Source: Actinomycetota bacterium (lineage in GTDB: Bacteria > Actinomycetota > Thermoleophilia > Gaiellales > Gaiellaceae). From it: DNA of 64,000 nt. Both the position numbers and the translations under genes were made by a program. The stretch covers positions 33,828 through 97,827 of the forward strand of contig PMOB01000007.1 of the NCBI GenBank assembly GCA_003161615.1, given 5' to 3'. This document shows positions 10,121 through 18,660 of the stretch, piece by piece. The notes under the pieces were generated by a model. The model worked only from the letters and a program-made list of their open reading frames with translations, did not search any database and was not told the origin of the DNA. The first letter of the stretch is position 1, and each line of letters starts with the position of its first letter.

Positions 10121-10133
10121 AGGCGTGGTCGGG

Positions 10134-10667
10134 ATGCGCTCCATCAGTCGGAAGAACGTCGCTCGCGCTGCCGGCGCGGCCGTCGGCGTCGTCGCCGCAG
10201 TGGCGTTCCTCGTCGCGGCGCGCCCGGCCGCGAGGCTCGCGCCGCTACCGGCGAGCGTCAAGGTCACGCTCGCGCCGCCCGGCACGCTCGCGGTGACGCC
10301 CGCTCCGCCGGCGCCGCTGCTCGACGCCACCCGGCTCAGCCCAGGCGGAGCGCACGCCGTTGCGGCCTTCGCTGTCCGCAACCAGAGCGGGATCACGCTG
10401 CGGATCGGGCTCCGCGGCACTCCCGACTCGCACAGCCTCGACGGGCTCGTCCGTGTCCGGATCACGAGCGGCAAGACGCTCGTCGCCGACACGACGCTGC
10501 AAGGACTGAGGCACGGGACGACCGTGACGTTGCCCATCCGCTCAGGTGCGGAGCGACAGCTGCGGCTCGTCGCCTGGATCCCCGGCGTCGTCAGCAGCGG
10601 CTACGAGGGAAGGATCGTCAAGGTTTCGCTCGCCCTGACGACGCTCACCGCCGGAGCAGCGTCGTGA
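10134..10667 (+). CDS. Membrane-anchored beta-rich accessory protein of the TasA-like operon
   Basis: ATG 10134 lies 13 nt after the previous stop. N-terminal helix AAGAAVGVVAAVAFLVAA, then Val/Thr/Leu-rich beta-type sequence. Its stop overlaps the next start (GTGA). Confidence 0.6.
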   Translation: MRSISRKNVARAAGAAVGVVAAVAFLVAARPAARLAPLPASVKVTLAPPGTLAVTPAPPAPLLDATRLSPGGAHAVAAFAVRNQSGITLRIGLRGTPDSHSLDGLVRVRITSGKTLVADTTLQGLRHGTTVTLPIRSGAERQLRLVAWIPGVVSSGYEGRIVKVSLALTTLTAGAAS

Positions 10668-11215
10668 AGTCGCGCGCGCGCCGCGGGCTGCGGTTCGCCG
10701 CAACTGCGTCGGGATCGGCGATCGTCGCTTTCATCGTCGCGGTGTTCCTCGGCGCCGCAGGCCCGCTGGCCTTCGGCCTCCACTCCTACGTCCTACGAAC
10801 CGGGAGCATGCGGCCGACGATGAACCCGGGCGATGTCGAGGTCGTGCAGTCGATCTCGCCGCTCGCCGCGAGGATCGGGGAGATCGTCGCGTTCCGCGAT
10901 CCGCAGCTGCAGGGCGCGCTCGTCTCCCACAGGGTGCGCGCCGTCGAGCGTGTCGGGAACCGCGTCGACGTGATCACCCAGGGCGATGCCAATACCGGCC
11001 GCGAGCACTGGAGCGTGCCGGCCGGCGGGACGATCGGCCGCGTCGTCTACCGGATCCCGAAGCTCGGCTATGCGGTGGTCTGGCTCGGCTCGGCGCCCGG
11101 GCGCGCCGTGTTCATCATCCTCCCGGCGCTGCTTCTGATGGCTTCGCTTCTCAGACGACTGTGGCGGGAACGCTCGGGTGGCCAGCTGGTGACCTGGCAT
11201 GAACGCCATACGTGA
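10664..11215 (+). CDS. Signal peptidase I, Sec11/archaeal/SipW type (Ser/His)
   Basis: LRTGSMRPTMNPGD (Ser box), GEIVAFRDP...LVSHRVRAV (His box), ITQGDAN, C-terminal TM helix. Confidence 0.85.
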   Translation: MKSRARRGLRFAATASGSAIVAFIVAVFLGAAGPLAFGLHSYVLRTGSMRPTMNPGDVEVVQSISPLAARIGEIVAFRDPQLQGALVSHRVRAVERVGNRVDVITQGDANTGREHWSVPAGGTIGRVVYRIPKLGYAVVWLGSAPGRAVFIILPALLLMASLLRRLWRERSGGQLVTWHERHT

Positions 11216-12224
11216 CCGCTACGGAGGGCGGCGCAAAGTCCCCTTCATCTGGATCGCGATGGTCGCCGCTGCGGCGCTCGGGCTCGTCAGCCTGGGCGCC
11301 TTCGGCAGTGTCTGGGGCGTCTTCAAAGGCACGACGGCGAGCGCCGGCAACCAGGTCGCCGGCGCCTCCGACTGGGTAGCGCCAACGGCCGGGACGCCGA
11401 TCGTCCAGAAAGTCGCAGGGGGGACGCCCGGCTTCATCCGCGCAGGGGGCGCCTACCGCATCTACGTCAACGCCACCGATGCCGGCAATCCGGCGAGTGG
11501 CATCGCGAGCGTGACCGGAAACGCCGGCGCGATCACTTCCGGGCAGACGGCCGCCGCGCTCGCAAGCGGAACCTTCATGGTCTGGGGGCAGAGTTATGGC
11601 TTCGGAAGCTCGAGCCTGACTGCGGGCGCGGCGCTCGCCGCCGGCACGTATGGCTTCTCGCTCACCTCGACCGACAACGCGGGCAACGCGCGCACGCAGA
11701 CCGGCTACACCGTGGTGGTCGACAACACCGCGCCGACCGGATCGGACGTCCAGACGGCGAACGTCGCCGCGGGCACAGACGGCCTGGCCGAGCCCGGGGA
11801 CTCAATCACGTTCACCTTCAGCGAGCCGATAGACCCTGGCTCGATCGTCTCCGGCTGGACCGGCTCGGCGCCTGTGAACGCCGTCGTCCGACTCGGCGAC
11901 GGAGGGACGCACGACGACACCTTGGCCGTCTACAACGCGACGAACACGACCGAGTTCCCGCTCGGATCCGTCGACCTCGGGCGCAACGACTACACGAATA
12001 CCAACATCACGTTCGGGGCGACGGGCACGCCGTCGACGATCGCCCTCAGCGGCAACTCGCTCGTACTCACGCTCGGAACCGAATCCGCCGCGGCTCACAA
12101 AGCCATGGGCACGGGCACGATGAAATGGACGACCTCGCCGCCCGCCGGAGCCACCGACCGCGCCGGCAACCCGCTCACGGCCTCGCTTGTGACCGAGTCC
12201 GGCGCGGCCGTCAAGGCGTTCTGA
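11199..12224 (+). CDS. Ig-like-repeat surface protein carrying the same SipW-type signal motif
   Basis: N-terminus ...IWIAMVAAAALGLVSLGAFGSVWGVFKGTTASAGNQVAG. Body has VVVDNTAPTG and PGDSITFTFSEPIDPGS motifs typical of bacterial Ig-like domains. Overlaps the peptidase gene by 17 nt. Confidence 0.7.
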   Translation: MNAIRDRYGGRRKVPFIWIAMVAAAALGLVSLGAFGSVWGVFKGTTASAGNQVAGASDWVAPTAGTPIVQKVAGGTPGFIRAGGAYRIYVNATDAGNPASGIASVTGNAGAITSGQTAAALASGTFMVWGQSYGFGSSSLTAGAALAAGTYGFSLTSTDNAGNARTQTGYTVVVDNTAPTGSDVQTANVAAGTDGLAEPGDSITFTFSEPIDPGSIVSGWTGSAPVNAVVRLGDGGTHDDTLAVYNATNTTEFPLGSVDLGRNDYTNTNITFGATGTPSTIALSGNSLVLTLGTESAAAHKAMGTGTMKWTTSPPAGATDRAGNPLTASLVTESGAAVKAF

Positions 12225-12247
12225 GCGCGTTTTCGCGCTGCGGAATG

Positions 12248-12276
12248 TTGACGGCAGCCGGTCGCGCGCCTACGCT
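12248..12276 (+). promoter_or_regulatory. Sigma-70-like promoter candidate
   Basis: TTGACG, a 17-nt spacer, then TACGCT. Confidence 0.3.
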
Positions 12277-12314
12277 GGCCAGGTCCCGGTTCCGACGAGA
12301 GGAGGATTGAACAA

Positions 12315-12353
12315 ATGACTGCGCCTTTTGCCTCCTCGGTCTCGCTGACCTAG
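12315..12353 (+). CDS. 12-codon mini-ORF (MTAPFASSVSLT) in the rsgA leader (speculative)
   Basis: GAGGAGGA lies 8 nt upstream of the ATG. The same GAGGAGG can pair with CCTCCTC inside the mini-ORF. Confidence 0.2.
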   Translation: MTAPFASSVSLT

Positions 12354-12374
12354 CGCCGGGCGCTCCTTTCCATA

Positions 12375-12391
12375 GGGACGCACGGCGTCCC
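12375..12391 (+). terminator. Intrinsic-terminator-like hairpin upstream of rsgA
   Basis: GGGACGC-acg-GCGTCCC followed by ATCTTTC. Confidence 0.35.
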
Positions 12392-12414
12392 ATCTTTCGC
12401 GAAGGAGCTTTGCG

Positions 12415-13449
12415 TTGCCTGGATTCGATCTCGGCACACTCGGATGGAACGCCGAGTTCGCCGAACAACTAGAGCCCGGTCTTGTCCCGGGCCGCGTCGC
12501 CGCCGCTCACCGCGGCGCGTTCGACGTCTGGACGGAGGCCGACGCCGTCCGCGCAGGCCTGCCCGGGAGGCTGCTGCACGACCGCATCGATGTCGCGGTA
12601 GGCGACTGGGTCGGCATGGGCGACGGCCTGATCCGCTCAGTCCTGCCGCGCCGCAGCGCGATCGTCCGCAACGCGGCGGGGCTGACCACGTCGGCCCAGA
12701 CACTCGCCGCGAACGTCGACATCGCGTTTGTCGTCTCCTCGCTCGGCCCGGATCTCGAGCCGCGCAGGATCGAGCGCTATCTCGTCACGATCTGGGAGAG
12801 CGGCGCGACACCCGAGATCGTGCTCACGAAAGCCGACCGGCTCGAGGATCCGTGGGAGCTCGTGGCGGAGGTCGAGGCGGTCGCGCTCGGTGTCCCCGTC
12901 CACACGGTCTCGGCGCTCACCGGCCAGGGCTGCGACGCCCTGCGGGCGCGGATCGCCGACAGCACCACCGCCGTTCTCCTCGGCTCGTCGGGCGTCGGCA
13001 AGTCGACCCTCGTCAACCGCTGGCTCGGTTCGGACGTGATGGCGACGAAGGAGACGCGTGAGGATGACGACGAGGGCCGGCACACGACCAGCCACCGGCA
13101 GATGCTCGTGCTGCCGGGCGGCGGGCTCGTCATCGACACGCCGGGGCTGCGCGAGCTACAGCTCTGGGACGTCGGGGAGGCCGGTCTCGACGCGACGTTC
13201 TCCGACGTCGAGGAGCTCGCGGCGAACTGCCGGTTCGCCGACTGTTCGCACGAGCACGAGCCCGACTGCGCGGTGCTCGCTGCCGTCCAGTCCGGCGAGC
13301 TCCCGGAGGAGCGGTTCCACAGCTGGCGCAAGCTCCAGCGCGAACTGCGTGCGATGGCCGTGCGCCACGACGCGCTCTTGCGCAAGGCCGAGGTACGAAA
13401 GTGGAAGTTGCGAGCGCGCGAGGCGCAGGCGAGGACGCGGCTGCGCTAG
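12415..13449 (+). CDS. rsgA: Ribosome small-subunit-dependent GTPase A
   Basis: TTG start after GAAGGAG. LTKADR, GSSGVGKSTLVN, GRHTTSHRQM, DTPGLRE, C-terminal Cys/His zinc motif (FADCSHEHEPDCAV). Confidence 0.9.
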   Translation: MPGFDLGTLGWNAEFAEQLEPGLVPGRVAAAHRGAFDVWTEADAVRAGLPGRLLHDRIDVAVGDWVGMGDGLIRSVLPRRSAIVRNAAGLTTSAQTLAANVDIAFVVSSLGPDLEPRRIERYLVTIWESGATPEIVLTKADRLEDPWELVAEVEAVALGVPVHTVSALTGQGCDALRARIADSTTAVLLGSSGVGKSTLVNRWLGSDVMATKETREDDDEGRHTTSHRQMLVLPGGGLVIDTPGLRELQLWDVGEAGLDATFSDVEELAANCRFADCSHEHEPDCAVLAAVQSGELPEERFHSWRKLQRELRAMAVRHDALLRKAEVRKWKLRAREAQARTRLR

Positions 13450-13616
13450 GGAGGCTTGGTGGGACGGTGCTCGTCGCGGGGGCGCGATGGGCGTCGCGAG
13501 GCAAGGACGCAGGGAGCGCCGATAGCGGTGTTCTATCGGCGCGACTGAGGACGCCGCATCGCGGCGATCCAGCGCGTCATCCGCGGCACAGCCACTGTGC
13601 CGCCAAGCCTCCCTAT

Positions 13617-14063
13617 CTACATCGACATGCCCGGGCAACTACCGCCGAGCTTGACGAACAAGCCGCCGAGCTTGAGCGGGCACGTGCCCGCGACGAAGCC
13701 GGCGATCCGCTTTTGCAGCCAGGAGTGGACGATCGCGCTCCGCGTCCGCGACATGGAGGCCTCGTCCTTGCGGAGGATCCACGTCGCGTCGTGGTACAGC
13801 GCGGCCCGCAGGCCGGCAACCGTCCGGCCGGACATCGTGCTCGCGATTGCGGCGAGCGGATGTCCGGGATGCAGCTCGTGCTTTAGAGCAGGCAGCGACA
13901 TTCCGAGATACGCAGCCGAGGCGACGAGCAGGCTCTTGCCCTCGACGAGGCGCGGCGCCGTCGTGGCGCTGCCATGAGCGCGGGCCGCGAGCGCGCCGCC
14001 GGTCGCGCCTCCGGCGATCAGGAGGATGGCCGCGCCGACGATGACCTTCCGCTTCAGGCTCAT
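13617..14063 (-). CDS. Hypothetical secreted/membrane-anchored protein
   Basis: 148-aa ORF with an N-terminal helix KVIVGAAILLIAGGATGGALA. No family recognised. Confidence 0.55.
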   Translation of the reverse strand: MSLKRKVIVGAAILLIAGGATGGALAARAHGSATTAPRLVEGKSLLVASAAYLGMSLPALKHELHPGHPLAAIASTMSGRTVAGLRAALYHDATWILRKDEASMSRTRSAIVHSWLQKRIAGFVAGTCPLKLGGLFVKLGGSCPGMSM

Positions 14064-14106
14064 GTGAGGATTATGACGAGGCCGGGCGGGCTACGCCAAT
14101 TTCGCG

Positions 14107-15666
14107 CTAAGGCTTCGGAGCTGCTGCGGCGACGTTCGCGGGCGCATCCGCGTGCTTCGTCGCGAAGTTCTCCGCGAACATCCGGGCCAGATCGCGCGCC
14201 TTGCGGTCGTAGCGCTCCGGATCGGCCCACGTCGAACGCGGGTCGAGCAGAGACTCGTCCACGTCCGGCGCCGTGACGGGAACCTCGAAGCCGAAGACCG
14301 GATCCGTCCGGAACTCGCCTGCGTGGAGGTGGCCGGACAACACCGCGGCGAGCAGCGCGCGCGTCGCCTTGATCGGCATCCGGTGGCCCTCTCCGAACGG
14401 CCCGCCCGTCCAGCCGGTGTTGATCAGCCAGACCGTCGCGCCGTGCTCGGCGAGCTTCTGGCCGAGCAGCTCCGCGTAGACGGTCGGCGGCTGCGGCAGG
14501 AACGGCGCGCCGAAGCACGTCGAGAAGGTCGGCTGCGGCTCGGTCACGCCGAGCTCCGTGCCGGCGAGCTTCGACGTGTAGCCGGAGAGGAAGAAGAAGA
14601 GCGCCTGCTCGCGGCTGAGCCGCGCGATGGGCGGCAGGATCCCAAAGGCGTCGGCGGCGAGGAAGATCACGGAACGGGGATGGCCCGCGCGCTTCGCCGG
14701 GAGCATGTTCGCGATCCGCTCGAGCTTGTACGCGGCGCGCGTGTTCTCCGTCTTCGAATCGTCGTCGAGGTCGAGCTGGCCGCGCTCGTCGACGACGACG
14801 TTCTCGAGCACCGTCCCGAAGCTGTGCACCGCGCCCCAGATCTCCGGCTCGGCCTCGGCCGAAAGCCGAATCGTCTTCGCGTAGCAGCCGCCCTCGAAGT
14901 TGAAGACGCCCTCGTCACCCCAGCCGTGCTCGTCGTCGCCGATCAGCTTCCGCGACGGGTCGGCGGAGAGCGTCGTCTTCCCCGTGCCCGAGAGGCCGAA
15001 GAAGATCGCCACGTCCTTGCCGTCCTCCGAGACGTTGGCCGAGCAGTGCATCGGCATGACGCCCTGGAGCGGAAGCCGGTCGTTCATGACGGTGAAGACG
15101 GACTTCTTGATCTCGCCGCCGTAGAACGTGCCGCCGATCAGGACTTCGCCGCGCGTCGGGTGGAGGCAGACGAAGACGTTCGTGCGCGTGCCGTCCTGCT
15201 CCGGGTCGGCCTCGACCTCGGGCTCGTGGAGGACGAGCACGTCGGGCTCGAAGCCGTCGAGCTCGGCGTCGGCCGGGTCGATGAACATCGTCTTCGCGAA
15301 GAGTGCGTGGTACGGGTGGGTCGTGAGGACGCGGACGGCAAGGCGGTGCTTCGGGTCGGCGCCGCAGAAGGCGTCGATGACGTAGACGTCCGAGCGCTCG
15401 AGGTGCGCGACGACCTTCGCGCGCAAGCCGTCGAAGTTCTCCTCCGAGATCTCGGCGTTGACGTCGCCCCAGCCGATCCGGTCCTCGGAGCCGGGCTCGC
15501 GGACGATGAACTTGTCCTTCGGCGAGCGGCCGGTGAAGCGGCCGGTGTCGACGACGAGCGGCCCCGACTCGGCGAGGACGGCCTCGCCGCGCTCGAGCGC
15601 AGCGGTGTAGAGCTGAGAGGTGCTCGGATTGCGGAGCACGCGCCCCTCGACGCGCAGGCCGTGCAT
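14107..15666 (-). CDS. pckA: Phosphoenolpyruvate carboxykinase (ATP)
   Basis: TGRFTGRSPKDKF, kinase-1a GLSGTGKTTLS, ...YFLSGYTSKLAGTE. Start taken at MHGLRVEG (ATG 15666). Confidence 0.9.
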   Translation of the reverse strand: MHGLRVEGRVLRNPSTSQLYTAALERGEAVLAESGPLVVDTGRFTGRSPKDKFIVREPGSEDRIGWGDVNAEISEENFDGLRAKVVAHLERSDVYVIDAFCGADPKHRLAVRVLTTHPYHALFAKTMFIDPADAELDGFEPDVLVLHEPEVEADPEQDGTRTNVFVCLHPTRGEVLIGGTFYGGEIKKSVFTVMNDRLPLQGVMPMHCSANVSEDGKDVAIFFGLSGTGKTTLSADPSRKLIGDDEHGWGDEGVFNFEGGCYAKTIRLSAEAEPEIWGAVHSFGTVLENVVVDERGQLDLDDDSKTENTRAAYKLERIANMLPAKRAGHPRSVIFLAADAFGILPPIARLSREQALFFFLSGYTSKLAGTELGVTEPQPTFSTCFGAPFLPQPPTVYAELLGQKLAEHGATVWLINTGWTGGPFGEGHRMPIKATRALLAAVLSGHLHAGEFRTDPVFGFEVPVTAPDVDESLLDPRSTWADPERYDRKARDLARMFAENFATKHADAPANVAAAAPKP

Positions 15667-15756
15667 TGCGAGAGCTTCCTCTGGCAGGTCGGCGATCGTC
15701 ACGAGTTCCGCATCGTAATTGCCGGACTTCGGCTCTCGCCGCCGAACCTGGAGACG

Positions 15757-16425
15757 ATGAGCGCTGCCGTACCCGTCGCCAGCCTGAGGCAGCCGCTGCC
15801 CCGCGCGCTGCTCGTCCTCACGTTCACAACCGGGATCGTGGACGCCGTGAGCTTCCTCGGGCTCGGCCATGTCTTCACCGCGAACATGACCGGCAACGTC
15901 GTCCTGCTCGGCTTCGGGATCGCGGGCAGCGGCGGCCTGCCGATCGCGGCGCCGTTCGCCTCGCTCGGCGCCTTCGTCCTCGGCGCGGTCGCGGGCGGAC
16001 GCGTCACGCGGCGCGTCGAGGAGCGGCGGCTCCTGGCGACGGCGCTCGCGGTCGAGATCGCGGTGCTCACTGTGGCGGCTGCCATCGCCGGCGCGACGAC
16101 GATCGCGCCGGGCGCGGCGGCGGCGTATCTCCTCATCATTCTCCTCGCCTTCGCGATGGGGCTCCGCAGCACATGCGTGCGGAAGCTCGGCGTGCCGGAC
16201 CTCTCGACGGTCGTCCTGACGATGACGCTCGTCGGGCTCTCCGCCGACTCGCCGCCGGCGGGCGGCTCGGGCCTCGGCTCGCTGCGGCGGTTCAGCGCCG
16301 TGCTTCTAATGGGAGCGGGCGCACTGGCGGGAGCTCTCTTACTGCGCAAGGACGTCGCCCTCCCGCTCGCGATCGCGGCGGCTCTCGCTCTCCTCACGCG
16401 CCAGGGCTTTCGGGCGGCGCGGTAG
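15757..16425 (+). CDS. YoaK/DUF1275-family membrane protein
   Basis: LLVLTFTTGIVDAVSFLGLGHVFTANMTGNVVLLG is the family signature. Only the last 223 codons of the 757-aa ORF are credible. Confidence 0.75.
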   Translation: MSAAVPVASLRQPLPRALLVLTFTTGIVDAVSFLGLGHVFTANMTGNVVLLGFGIAGSGGLPIAAPFASLGAFVLGAVAGGRVTRRVEERRLLATALAVEIAVLTVAAAIAGATTIAPGAAAAYLLIILLAFAMGLRSTCVRKLGVPDLSTVVLTMTLVGLSADSPPAGGSGLGSLRRFSAVLLMGAGALAGALLLRKDVALPLAIAAALALLTRQGFRAAR

Positions 16426-16483
16426 CCGTTTCGTCACCGAACCGTTACCCCGGGCGGCACTGGCCCAGGAGTAATCTCATTCG

Positions 16484-18580
16484 ATGGCCACTCCGGTGCG
16501 GGCGCGCAAGCGAACTCGGGTCGCCCTCGAGCGGCTGATCAACCGCGAGCTCTCGTTCCTCGACTACGACGCGCGCTTGCTCGACCTCGCCGGCGACGAG
16601 ACGCTGCCGCTGCTCGAGCGCGTGTTCTTCCTCAAGGTCTTCTCCGAGATGCTGGACGAGTTCTTCATGGTGCGCGTGGCGGGCCTGACGGGACAGGCCG
16701 CCGCCGGCGTGAACGCGCGCTCGCCCGACGGACTGACGCCGCGCCAGACGCTCGTCGAGGCGCGCGGGCGCGTGCTCGACCTCTACCGGCGGCAGGCGGC
16801 GCTCTGGGCCGAGGAGCTCTGCCCCGCGCTCGCCGCAGAGGCGATCACGGTCACGAGCGTCGACGACCTGAACCACGAGGAGCGGGCGAGCCTGGACGAG
16901 CGCTTCGAGCGCGAGGTCTATCCGGTGCTCACGCCGCTGGCCGTCGGCCCGGGCCAGCCGTTCCCGTACATCTCCCCGCTTTCGGTCAGCCTCGCGCTCT
17001 TCGTCGCCGACCCGGACACAGGGGAGGAGCGCTTTGCGCGAGTCAAGGTTCCCGAGGGACTGCCGCGCTTCCTGCCGCTCGGCCTGCGAGGCCGCTTCGT
17101 GCCGCTCGAGCAGGTGCTCGCGCACTACCTGCCGCGCCTCTACCCCGGCATGGACGTGCGGGAGTGGTCGCTCTTCCGCGTCACACGCGACGCCGACCTC
17201 GAGGTCTCCGACGAGGCGGACGACCTGCTCGAGGCGGTCGAGCTCGAGCTGCGGCGGGCGCGATTCGGCGAGGTGACGCGGCTCGAGGTCGCGTCCTCGA
17301 TGTCCCAGCCGATGCGCGAGGAGCTGCAGCAGGGGCTCCGCGTCTCCGACGACCTGGTCTACCCGCTCGACGGGCTGCTCGATCTCGCCGACGTCGGGGA
17401 GATCGCGCAGCTCGACCGGCCGGACCTGAAGAACGACCGCTGGGTGCCCGTCGCGCGGCCGCCGTGGAACTCGATCGAGACCGCGGCGGAGCAGTTCGCG
17501 GCGATCCGCGCCGGCGATCTCCTCGTCCACCATCCCTACGACTCCTTCGTGAGCAGCTTCGAGTCGTACATCGACCGCGCCGCCTCCGACCCGGAGGTGA
17601 TCGCGATCAAGTCGACCGTGTACCGGACGAGCGACGACACGCCGCTTGTGCCGGCGCTGATCGAGGCAGTGGAACGCGGCAAGCAGAGCGTCTGCCTCGT
17701 CGAGATCAAGGCGCGGGGCGAAGAGCGGCGGAATGTCGAGTGGTCGCGCGCGCTGGAGCAGGCGGGCGTGCACGTCGTCTACGGCTTCCCGACGCTCAAG
17801 ATCCACGCAAAGACGACGCTCGTCGTCCGCCGCGAAGCGGGTCGCCTGCGGCGCTACGTCCACATCGGAACCGGCAACTACAACGCGGTCACCGCGCGCT
17901 CCTATGAGGACTTCGGCCTCTTCACCGCGGACGAGGAGATCGCCGACGACGTCGCCGACCTCTTCAACCACCTGACGGGATTCGGTCGGCCGGCGCAGTT
18001 CCGCAAGCTCCTCGTCGCGCCGTACACACTGCGCCAGCGGCTCGTCGAGGAGATCCGCGCCGTCGCGGACGCTGCGCATGACGGGAAGAAGGCGCGCATC
18101 CGGATCAAGGTCAACGGCCTGACCCATCCGGAAATCATCGAGGAGCTCTACGCCGCCTCTCAGGCGGGCGCGAAGATCGACCTCCTCGTGCGCGGCGTCT
18201 GCTCGCTGCGGCCGCACGTGCCGAAACTGAGCGAGAGGATCCGCGTTCGGAGCGTCCTCGGCCGCTACCTCGAGCACAGCCGCGTCTTCCACTTCGAGGC
18301 GGGCGACCACAGCATCTACTTCATAGGCAGCGCCGACCTGATGCCGCGGAACCTCGACCATCGCGTCGAGGTGCTGGCGCCGGTGGAGGATCCCGCTCTC
18401 CAGTCAGAGCTCTCCGCGAGCCTCGACGCGCTGTGGAGCGACAACGACACCTCGTTCGAGCTCGACGCGAAGGGGAACTGGGAGCGGGTGCGGCCGAAGA
18501 AGGACGACCGGCCGCGTTCCGGCCAGCAGGTCCTGATGCGGCGGGCCCGCCGCCGCTTGTCGCTGGCGCGCTCGCGCTAG
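16484..18580 (+). CDS. ppk1: Polyphosphate kinase 1
   Basis: 698 aa; N-terminus LINRELSFLDYDARLL, ...FFMVRVAGL..., PLD-like HxK region IHAKTTLV. Confidence 0.95.
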   Translation: MATPVRARKRTRVALERLINRELSFLDYDARLLDLAGDETLPLLERVFFLKVFSEMLDEFFMVRVAGLTGQAAAGVNARSPDGLTPRQTLVEARGRVLDLYRRQAALWAEELCPALAAEAITVTSVDDLNHEERASLDERFEREVYPVLTPLAVGPGQPFPYISPLSVSLALFVADPDTGEERFARVKVPEGLPRFLPLGLRGRFVPLEQVLAHYLPRLYPGMDVREWSLFRVTRDADLEVSDEADDLLEAVELELRRARFGEVTRLEVASSMSQPMREELQQGLRVSDDLVYPLDGLLDLADVGEIAQLDRPDLKNDRWVPVARPPWNSIETAAEQFAAIRAGDLLVHHPYDSFVSSFESYIDRAASDPEVIAIKSTVYRTSDDTPLVPALIEAVERGKQSVCLVEIKARGEERRNVEWSRALEQAGVHVVYGFPTLKIHAKTTLVVRREAGRLRRYVHIGTGNYNAVTARSYEDFGLFTADEEIADDVADLFNHLTGFGRPAQFRKLLVAPYTLRQRLVEEIRAVADAAHDGKKARIRIKVNGLTHPEIIEELYAASQAGAKIDLLVRGVCSLRPHVPKLSERIRVRSVLGRYLEHSRVFHFEAGDHSIYFIGSADLMPRNLDHRVEVLAPVEDPALQSELSASLDALWSDNDTSFELDAKGNWERVRPKKDDRPRSGQQVLMRRARRRLSLARSR

Positions 18581-18660
18581 CCGTGCCGTTACAGAGACGT
18601 TTCCGGTTCGTCACCAGGTGTTTGCTGCGTCGGCCGACGGCGGACCTACACTCGGTGGTG

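Noticed and set aside
14152-15756. The N-terminal 535 codons of the 757-aa ORF 14152..16425(+).
   Set aside because: This part is antisense to pckA and has a nonsense composition. Only the part from ATG 15757 (YoaK/DUF1275 membrane protein) is credible.
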